Shown piece after piece: positions 53,550 through 64,000 of a stretch of DNA of 64,000 nucleotides (the first letter of the stretch is position 1; the number at the start of each line of letters is the position of its first letter). The notes under the pieces are model-generated. The model was not told the DNA's origin. It was given only the letters and a program-made list of their open reading frames with translations, and searched no databases. This stretch comes from Octopus vulgaris (lineage: Eukaryota), in NCBI GenBank assembly GCA_951406725.2, contig OX597817.1, positions 94,488,001-94,552,000 on the forward strand, given 5' to 3'. The position numbers and the translations under genes are program-made.

Positions 53550-55900
53550 ATTTAGTTGGAGTTTCTCTGGGACTTCTGTTTATGCAAGATAACTGAATTA
53601 ATAAATCCTGCACCATACGATTTTTCATCAAACAGATTATTTTAGTTTTTCTACGTCACGAATCAATGTTATACACGAATTCGTCATTTCAAATTAAAAA
53701 TTAATCATAACGGTAGCATTTGGAACTTGAAGGATGCTCATCAAATTTCCTTTTCAAGGACAAATTTGCTTTCGAATTAATAAATTTATATGTTGCGAGT
53801 CATTTTCATCATGTTTTTGTTTTTTCGTCCGCCAACTGAAAATGGTTGAAAATGCGAATAGTTAAATCATGAAAATTACTTTCAAATAACCTGCACTAAT
53901 TTGAATTTTACAACATATTTTGTAAAATTACACATTTACTCTGCCTTTTTAAGTGCAGAAAGTGATTAAAATTCTCATTTTCTAGCTGAGAGATGCGAAC
54001 TTCAACTATTGAGAATTTCAACTTGAATGAATGCATATCACTAACAAAGTGAGGAGAGAATTTCTTTTTGTCCGGCAGTTTCAAAGTTAGATAAGTTAAA
54101 TATGCCCATTGGGATTACATAAAAAGGTTTCTTTCTTCGGACAGCTCATCTACGTCATGTAGAAAATCATGAAAGGTATTTTTCAGTTTCCTATATCCAC
54201 TATAATCTGTGTTCTAAAAACTCTTTGGTTAATCTATACTCAAACTTCACAATTATTAACACAATCTGCTAATGTTTTTTCACACGTTTCTTGGCTGATA
54301 ATGCGACGATACGAGGTGCATTCGAAAAAGTTTGAAACTTTTTAGAAGACAGTTATAACTGTCCTGGATTATTTTAACTTTAGTCTATCTATACTATACA
54401 TCTAAAAAAGCTGACCTGCCAACCTTTTACTCCAGTTTGAAGGAGGCGGATGCGAGATCACTTTGAACACACTTTACTAAACACTGCTGGTCACAGTTGA
54501 CAAGTAGCATGATGCAGTAGGGAATTTCGAAGCTTGCTATGCAATAAAGTTTTGTATTGAACGAGACAAAAGTGCTACTGAGACTTACGAAATACTCCAG
54601 ACTGCTTATGGATTAACTTGTATGAGCCGAGTATGATTTTCGTTGACAAAAGAGGATCAATGGCGGTAGAGAGGAAGTGAGTGACGATGAAAGGTATAGG
54701 AGGGAGAAGGACGTCAGAACAAAGAGCTAGTTGAGAAAATTCTCTATTTTCTGGATGAAGACCGTCTATAAAGATAATAGTATACAGTTTTGAGTTGGTG
54801 TGGCAAATGTACATGGAGTTATTCATAAAGATATGAGAAAACTTTGTGCAAAGTTATTTTCCCAAGGGTGCTGAGAGACAAATAGAAAGGAAGTTGCGTT
54901 GATGACTGCAGGAAGATGGTTGAGTTCACTACTTCTAATCCAAGAGTACTTGAGTCTCTGGAGACATATGACAAAAACTAGATCTACAGTTATGAGTCAA
55001 AGACCAAAAGATAGAGTGCTCAATGGAACCATCCTAACTCCTCCAGACTCATGAAGGCCAAGCAAAGCAAGTCCTGTGTAAAGCTCATGAAGATTCCTTT
55101 ATCGACAGCGAGGGTATCGTCTACATCCACTGGATTCCCTCTGCCCGGGCGGTCAACAAAGAGTACTTTGTGGATATTTGAGGGAGTTCAAGAAGAGATT
55201 TCGTCACAAAAAACCAGAGGTCTTCCACTCGGCTCGATGGTATCTGTACCAGAGCAATGCACCAGTCTACAATTCCATCCCGGTAACCAACTACTCAGCA
55301 GAGATGGGTATGAAAATTGTCCCTCACCCTCCATACAGTTCAGACTTCATTCCCTGGGACTTTTGGTTGTACCCCAAGCAGAACGAAAACTTCGGGGACA
55401 GTCGTTTTCAAGACATTGAGATGAAGAAGGCTGTGACAAAGATCCTGGACACACTCACTTTGGAGGATATCTTCTGGTTGAAGTGCTACAAGTGCATTAA
55501 AGTCAGGGAATTCTCATTTGAAGAAAATTAGTTTTGTGCTTTGAAATTGATAACTGTCTCCTGAAAACATCCCTGAAATACTGGAATGTACCTTGTGTTT
55601 TAGTAGATGGTTTTCAAGCAGAGTGTCGCCTAACACTTTCATCGATCATCGACAGAGCTCTATTAGTATGAATACAGAACATTTAGCCGAAATTTACTTG
55701 TAGATTTTCTTGGATCAACATTAGTTTCTAAAACATGTCGAACCTTCTGAATTTTCTGTAAAGTTACTCAAAACTAACAAGTTCAACAAAGACTCAAACG
55801 TGTCTTCAATAAATTCTACTCATAAAACTACTTAACAAAGCTACCGACATATTACATATATTACATAAAAGAGGAAAAGAAAAGGGTTCAAGCAATGAAA
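53550..55900 (-). mobile_element. Decayed hAT (Buster/SPIN-like) transposase split by a mariner
   Basis: Manual translation: LTLKLPDKKK...FKLK...ISQLENENFNHFLHLK...FESNFHDL; CTDGAP-like remnant near 55650. Confidence 0.55.
54312..55595 (+). mobile_element. Full-length decayed mariner
   Basis: TIRs cgaggtgcattc / gaatgtaccttg; YAIKFC...SATETYE; NAPVY...HPPYSSDF.PWDFWLYPK. Confidence 0.88.
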
Positions 55901-56118
55901 GTTACGCACCCGCCGTTGTACCCTAAGCAGACAAACTAATGACAAAATATAGTTCAACGGCGTTGAAGTGTCGGCTGCAAACTAACAACTAAAAATTTGT
56001 GATGGACTGGGAATCAAACAAGTATTAATGTATAGAAATTTATGGACAGGTAATCATGCAATGCACCACTTTCGAGACATGCACAATAGGTTGTTCATCC
56101 CCGCCGAACTTATATATA

Positions 56119-56609
56119 CAAAGTGGCCATAAAGTCACGCACCATCTTGCAATATGTGAAATTGCGAACATTCTCTTTTTTTATCTCTTCTCACAAGTGC
56201 CGATATTACTCACAAACCAATCCTCATTGGATGGAGGCGTTAAAACTAAACATTTGTAATGGACTACCTACTTCATTGCTAATAAAGCATACTTGATATC
56301 TCCCATGGTGCGTAAATCTGTGATCACCCTGTAGAATATATATATATATATATATATTCTACAGGGTGACCACAGATTCACGCACCATGGGAGATATCAA
56401 GTATGCTTTATTATATATATATATTCTACATGGTGACCACAGATTCACGCACCATGGGAGATATCAAGTATGCTTTATTAGCAATGAAGTAGGTAGTCTA
56501 TTACAAATGTTTAGTTTTAACGCCTCCATCCAATGAGGATTCGTTTGTGAGTAATATCGGCACTTGTGAGAAGAGATAAAGAAAGAGAATGTTCGCAATT
56601 TCACATATT
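56119..56609. mobile_element. Tc1/mariner MITE (56119-56331) plus two inverted partial copies
   Basis: TIR cagggtgaccacagattcacgcaccat; mirror copies at 56354-56412 and 56420-56609. Confidence 0.85.
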
Positions 56610-57319
56610 CCCTATCAATTCCACCCCACCCAACCCCATCCCTTACACCCACTCGCTCATACCCCACCTGTACCCCACCCTTGCTTCCCCACTCTCGCCT
56701 CCCCTACATCCCACCATATCACATCACACTCCCACATCGCCTCCCCTACATCCCACCATACACCACCACACCATACACCACCATACCACACAACACCACA
56801 TCACATCACACACCCACGCACACACTAGCACTGACCACTTCCTAGCTTCACACCATCATCCACACACCTACACATGCACACACGCACACGTTAAGGTCAC
56901 CAGCCCTCTTCCCACGCACATACATGCTCTCTTATACACACGCACGCACCTTCGTTTTGGCATCACTACTACTTTATTATCTCTCCTTCTTCTTAGATCT
57001 CCTGTGTTACCCCTCTGTCCGGCATTCGTCATGATAGATCGCTAGCCACTACACATTCTTGTTTCCTTGTTTCTTTCAGTGTCCCTTTTTGTGGAAGAGC
57101 GTAGGCACGAAATGTTAAAGACTTTTTCACTTCCCGAGCATTTAACTAATACATCTGTTTGTTGTCTACACCACCTGTCTTCGTCTTTTTTTGTGTGAAT
57201 TCTCTCCCTATACATATGTGTATATATGTATATATATATATATAAATAATATATATAGATGCATATATGGGTACAGGACGTCACCAACGTTGCAAATAAC
57301 ATACACACGAGAGATAGAT

Positions 57320-58004
<685 letters not shown>

Positions 58005-58005
<1 letters not shown>

Positions 58006-58760
58006 TATATATTAAAATTTATATAGAGTAGGAAAAAATTTTTGAACTTTTCTCTGCCAGTGTCCTAGAAATGTTTTTAGCAATTTTTGAAGTTGAATCG
58101 AAATTTTTATATGCTGCTGATTGAATCTCCGGTTGCACGGAGGATTTGAAAAATTATAATATTTAAGCATGAGACGTGTTGTTTGGTCCAAATTTATATA
58201 TTGATGTTTTCGCATATCCGCTGATGAGAACTTTGCCTTGCGAGTTAAAGTTTGAAATCTGAGGTCGGGTTGAATAACATGGTAAATGTTTTTATTTTTC
58301 ATTCCCTTCGAAATTGCACTGAACTGTGGTTTGGACAGTTTGACTGTTCTTTCTAGTATGCTAGGCTCGCCTCTTTGTACTTAAATGTACAATAATTTTT
58401 ATATAGGTATATAAATTCAGGGTGAGTACTTGATAATTGTAAGCACCTGTATATACCATTTGCTGGTGTAGGTGGTGGAGTAAATTAATCAAAATAAAAA
58501 CATGATGCCAAGAATTCAGCGGTACATATGTTTCGGGCCTTTATTAGACGGATTTATAACAATGCATAATGTGTGTCTATGGCCTTCTTCAGCCGCGCAC
58601 AATTACTACTTCAAGGACATGTATTACATCATATTTCTACGTTGGGGATGCAAATCCTCTCAGTCGCGTACGACAGAGTGGGGCATCAGCACAAAAACGA
58701 AGCGTCCATCCCGTCTTTCACTCAATGTAGAATGAGGAAGTTTGGATGTTGAGGTAATAT
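58005..58760 (-). mobile_element. Probable PLE 5' region (hammerhead followed by ORF start 58012-58302)
   Basis: Hammerhead upstream of a K/R-rich ORF fragment; TA flanks. Confidence 0.55.
58519..58596 (-). ncRNA. Type-I hammerhead ribozyme motif
   Basis: GCGG CUGAAGA AGGCC...GGCCC GAAA CAUAU GUA CCGC; palindromic stem III. Confidence 0.8.
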
Positions 58761-59335
58761 AAATAAATAAATAAATGAATAAATAAATATATAAATACAC
58801 ACAGACGTGAAAGAACCTGGTAATAAAAATAAATAGGGATAAAGGTAGAGGGGCGAGAATTAAGGACGGAAGATTAAAAAATATAAAAAGTATAAAAAAT
58901 ATAAAAAGATAAAAAAATATAAACATAGAAATATAAAATATAAAAATATAAAGAAATATAAAAAAATATAAAAAATATAAAAGGATATAAAAATATTTTT
59001 TTTAAAAAAATATATATATATGTATATATATGTGTGCGTATATATATATATATATATATACGTATGTATATGTATATATGTGTGTGTATAAATATATGTA
59101 TATATATATGTGTGTGTGTATATATATATATATATACATATGTATATGTATATATATGTATATATATGTACATATATATATATAAATGTATATATATAGA
59201 TGTATATATATATGTGTGTATATATGTATATATATATGTGTATATATAGGTATGTGTATATATATGTATATATATATATTTTATTTTATTTTATCTACTT
59301 TTAGCTCACGAGCTGTGGCCATGCTGGGGCACCGC

Positions 59336-59385
<50 letters not shown>

Positions 59386-59479
59386 TATATATGTATATAT
59401 GTGTGTATGTATATGTATGTATGTAATGTATGTATATATATATGCACACATCTATATGTATATATGTATATATATATAG

Positions 59480-59569
<90 letters not shown>

Positions 59570-59685
59570 GTATATATATAGTTAATCCAAACAAGAAAAC
59601 ACATATACGTATATATATATACGTATATATATATGTATATATATATATATATAATTGAACGCGACGCATCTATTCCCAAGCAGGT

Positions 59686-59741
<56 letters not shown>

Positions 59742-59962
59742 ATAGTAAGTGCGTAAATTCGAAACAAGGTGATAAACAGCACATCGAATACCAGAGGTAG
59801 AGTAATATGCTATATTAAAAAGCTGGGAAAATATCACAAAAGCTGTTACTCAGAGATTCACGTTCCCTTGAATGTCTGAGCAAAAGATTTTGTGATAGTT
59901 TTGCTGCGTTTTAATAATGTATACTTTTATGTGTGTATGTATATATATGCATATATGTATCT

Positions 59963-60019
<57 letters not shown>

Positions 60020-60039
60020 GCATATGTATATATACATGT

Positions 60040-60935
60040 TTATATGTACGTACCTACCTCTACATGTATATATACATGCATATATACATGCATATATGGG
60101 TACAGGACACCAAAAACGTCGAACACAATGAGAAACGAAAACATAAACACAAAACCATTCTTCTTAAACAACGAAAAAATAGAGTACAGGACATACAACA
60201 CAAGGAAAATTCCCCTTCTTCAGTCGCCTCTGTTTCATCTACTACGCGTTTCGAAGGTCAAGGCGAGACACGACTTCAATGAAACATTCTTCCAGCAAAA
60301 AGCAAATTAAATAAAATTTGAGATTTTTTTGCGGAGGGGTAAAAATGGTAACAAAAAGAGGATAGTAAAGAAAGTACAAAATATAAACAGTAAAGGACAG
60401 GACAAGGAGAATAACAGTAACACAAACATTGAGAGCTGTTAAGCCAGAACGAAAGAAAAAAATATTATGAACGCTTTTTGAGGACGGCAAGGGAGAGACA
60501 GGAAAGCCATCCACACTTGAAGGAAGCCAGGTCAGAAAGACAGTAGCAGAGCTCTCGTCGCGGGTCAACGACGGGAGGGAGGAGGAGGAGCAGGAGAAAG
60601 GGAGAGAAAAAAGGGAATGGCTGTAGAGAAAACCAGAAAGGATGAACAATGAGAGAGAGAGAGAGAGGGAAAGACAGTAAGGTAGAAGAAAAGGAAACCA
60701 GAAAGAATGAAGGCTGAGAAAGGGAGGGGGACAGAAAGGTTAAGAATGCGCATCATTATTAATATTAAGAACAAACTTACTTAGAAATGGATGCGTGCGT
60801 TCCATCATATAATAAATTAATAAATAAAACATATGCATATATACATACATATATGTACGTACCTACCCCTACATGTATATATACATGCATATATGGGTAC
60901 AGGACACCAACAAAACCTCGAACACAATGAGAAAT
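60040..60935 (-). mobile_element. Non-coding repeat with about 100-bp terminal direct repeats, possibly PLE-derived
   Basis: 60040-60136 recurs at 60850-60934; gaaacgcgta motif on the minus strand near 60250; related start near 57260. Confidence 0.5.
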
Positions 60936-61084
60936 ATATATATATATATATATATGTATGTATTTATTTATTTATTTATGTGTGTGTATTTTTCTGTGTG
61001 TGTTTATAAACATGTACGTGTATCAATTAATGTTGCAAGATTCCTGATGTGAAATTGTATGTTTAAACAGATTTTGTATTTTCT

Positions 61085-61840
61085 TTTTCTTTTTTGCCAA
61101 ATAAACACTCGCACTATGTATTCGTTCTTCATTTGTAAATAGTTCTTATTTTAATTCATGTCCATTGTCTAGAAATCTCTCGTCATACATCTGTGCCCTC
61201 TTCAGCGATACTTTTCACTTTCGTCTGTGCTCTTGCTCCAGTTACTCCATTCTGCCCTTCTATGACCTGCATCCTTTTAAGAAGTGAACCTTTATATACA
61301 CACAATAACTTCACAGATGACCGCAACAATATCAACAATAGTACTAAAACGACAGCCATAGCGGTGCCAAAAAATAGCATCATCAACAACATCAACAACA
61401 ACTACAATGATGACAACACCGTGGACTAACACACAAACACAGATATATACAGGAACTGTACCAAACCTTCGGCTCCTAGGACAGCGGCAACAGAACGAGG
61501 TGAGAGGATGAGGCTGAGGGGAAGGCCATACTACTGCTAAGAACAATGACACAGACACTAGCATACATACAGACACACATACATGCACACACACACACAT
61601 ACACACACACACACACACACACAAATACAGACGCAAATACATGCGCACATAAGAATACACATCATAGAACAGCAGAATGGAGTAAGTGGAGCAAGATCAC
61701 ACGAAAGCGAAGTGTCGGTGTAAAGGTCGCAGATATATGTGACGAAAGATTTCCGGACAATGGACATGAATTATAGCAAGAACAGTAATAAACGAGTGAA
61801 GAGAAAATATATAGTGTATGTGTTTTTATTTGGCAAAAAA
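61085..61840. repeat. Diverged inverted repeat, about 190-bp arms and 375-bp spacer
   Basis: aattcatgtccattgtc...ttactccattctgc mirrors gcagaatggagtaa...gacaatggacatgaatt. Confidence 0.8.
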
Positions 61841-61857
61841 TGTGACCATCCAGAAAT

Positions 61858-61895
<38 letters not shown>

Positions 61896-61929
61896 TGTAT
61901 GTATGTATATATATATATAAATATGTATG

Positions 61930-61967
<38 letters not shown>

Positions 61968-61973
61968 CATACA

Positions 61974-62016
<43 letters not shown>

Positions 62017-62022
<6 letters not shown>

Positions 62023-62147
62023 TATATAGAAGGAGCTTCTACAGGACTAGAACTGTTTCATTCAAGAGAAATCTTCAGGAAGCTCCTGAAGATTTCTCTT
62101 GAATGAAACAGTTCTAGTCCTGTAGAAGCTCCTTCTATATAATAAAT
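62017..62147. repeat. Perfect hairpin, 64-bp arms and 3-nt loop
   Basis: ...aatcttcagga AGC tcctgaagatt... Confidence 0.95.
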
Positions 62148-62213
62148 TAATTTTACTCTGCTATGTATTGAGTACCTTATTTACTGTGGTTAACCCCGAA
62201 TCAACCCGGGACC

Positions 62214-62259
<46 letters not shown>

Positions 62260-62263
62260 TATA

Positions 62264-62302
<39 letters not shown>

Positions 62303-62344
62303 TTACCTACATACATACATTCATACATGGATACACACATACAT

Positions 62345-63292
62345 ACCTAAATGCCAATCTTGCGAAATTAAGCTTCATAAAATCAGAAAGGAGAAATCTG
62401 ATTGGAAGACTACAAATCCAATCCATCACTGGGACTGTAAAAATCTGTAAAACTTTCCAGAAGTTTATCATTTAAATATATATGAGTATATCAAGATATG
62501 CAACTATATGAATGAGAACACATGCATAAAACATACAAATCTGCACATACAAACATGCATACATACATACATACATACATACATACATACATACATACAT
62601 ACATACATACATACATACATACATACAAGGAATACTGGTGGAATGTCCCAGTGAAGACCCCAATAAAATATAAGCGCAACAGACCTGATACAATGACTTG
62701 GTATAGAGAAGAGAAACTGTGCACAGTTGTAGAAACTAACTGCCCAGCAGATGTTAACATAAAGCTGAAGATCAGTGGAAAAGAGAACAACTATACTGAA
62801 CTATTGAGAAATCTGCAGTTACACTATCCATATTATAATTCCAGGTTTATACCTGTAATTATTGGGGCCCTGGAATATGTAACACGTTGCCTAGATACCC
62901 ATCTTGAGAAATTAGGCTTCTCAGAACCAGAAAGGAGAAAGCTGATTCGAAGACTGTAGATCCAATTCATTACTGGAACTGTAAAAATTTTAAAAAAACT
63001 TTCCAGAAGTTTATTTAAATATATATGAGCCTCTCTCGATATGCAACTATATACACGAGAATACATACATAAAACATACAAATCTGCATATGCATACGTA
63101 CATACATACATACATACATACATACATACATACATACATACATACATACATACATACATACATACATTCAACTAACAAAAATACCCTGTTTTTGAGGTTG
63201 AAATTCCAATAAAGGAACGTTGGGTCTAGGTTAGAAACCGGTTTTAACTCTGTTGGCAAGAAATCTTGAAATAAACTAAATAATGACGTACA
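62345..63292 (+). mobile_element. Two tandem 5'-truncated R4/Dong-type RLE copies separated by (CATA)n
   Basis: KEYWWNVPVKT...RNRPD...VVETNCP (PD-(D/E)xK nuclease); the shorter copy is 62345-62555. Confidence 0.85.
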
Positions 63293-64000
63293 TATGAGGG
63301 GAAATTTCACACTAACATCTTATAATGAGAATATTTTTCGTGTAACACAGCTGTTCCATGGGGACAATTACGTTCAGGGCTTCCGGCTCCTTCGTCAAAT
63401 GAGCCCAACTTCTGACAAAGTTTGAAAGAAAGACATTTCAGAAGACAGTGCGAAGAATGAATTGGAATGTACATGTTACTCTAATTATGTAAACGCGACA
63501 TTTCCTCATTCATCTATTCACAGCTGAACGACGCAGTGTGGCTTCCAAAACAAACTTTTACTCATTCTAAGAGTAAATCAGGTCATGTACAGAAACCCAA
63601 CAACCAGCTGCTAAATTGTGGGAACGCTAAAATTATGCACACTGTTGAGACTATCGATTTTAAAATACGACTAGAATTTGCAATCAAATCAGAAACAAAT
63701 TTCAGTAAAGATCTTTATAGAGTAAATATCAGAATTCTGAAGAATTGTATAGGGTGATTATATTTTGCTAACCTCTAAATGGTTTTCTAACAAATATGTA
63801 CACACGATCGCACATGCATACAGGGACATAGACTAACAGACACATGCAAAACACACATACACACACACTTAAGTATGTATATAAGTATGTATGTATGTAT
63901 GTATGTATGTATGTATGGATGGATGGATGGATGGATGGATGGATGGATGCATGCATGCATGCATGCATGTGTGTATGTATGTATGTATGTATGTATGTAT

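Noticed and set aside
61183-61429. Short hydrophobic and Asn-rich ORFs
   Set aside because: Derived from CAA/GTT low-complexity sequence inside an inverted repeat

Overview
Eukaryotic, AT-rich, almost entirely repetitive DNA. The SINE families, microsatellite load and retroelement mix suggest an octopus-type cephalopod genome (inference). I find no intact host gene. The window holds nested, decayed mobile elements: RTE and CR1-like LINE fragments, a near full-length HERO-type RLE retrotransposon containing a Penelope-like element (PLE), R4/Dong-type RLE fragments in (CATA)n arrays, two Tx1/L1-type elements, two Gypsy LTR elements, mariner/hAT transposons and MITEs, a Helitron nest, tRNA-derived SINEs and many microsatellites. 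The most interesting signals are: (1) several minimal type-I hammerhead ribozyme motifs in PLE termini, including a non-coding retrozyme-like unit and a PLE with a tRNA-like Pol III head just upstream of its hammerhead; (2) two classes of fold-back palindromes, one turning at a hammerhead and one turning inside (TA)n and copying whatever DNA is adjacent; (3) an orphan intronless pseudogene with a well-spaced TATA+Inr promoter. All calls were made by eye, with no database searches or folding runs, and boundaries are approximate.
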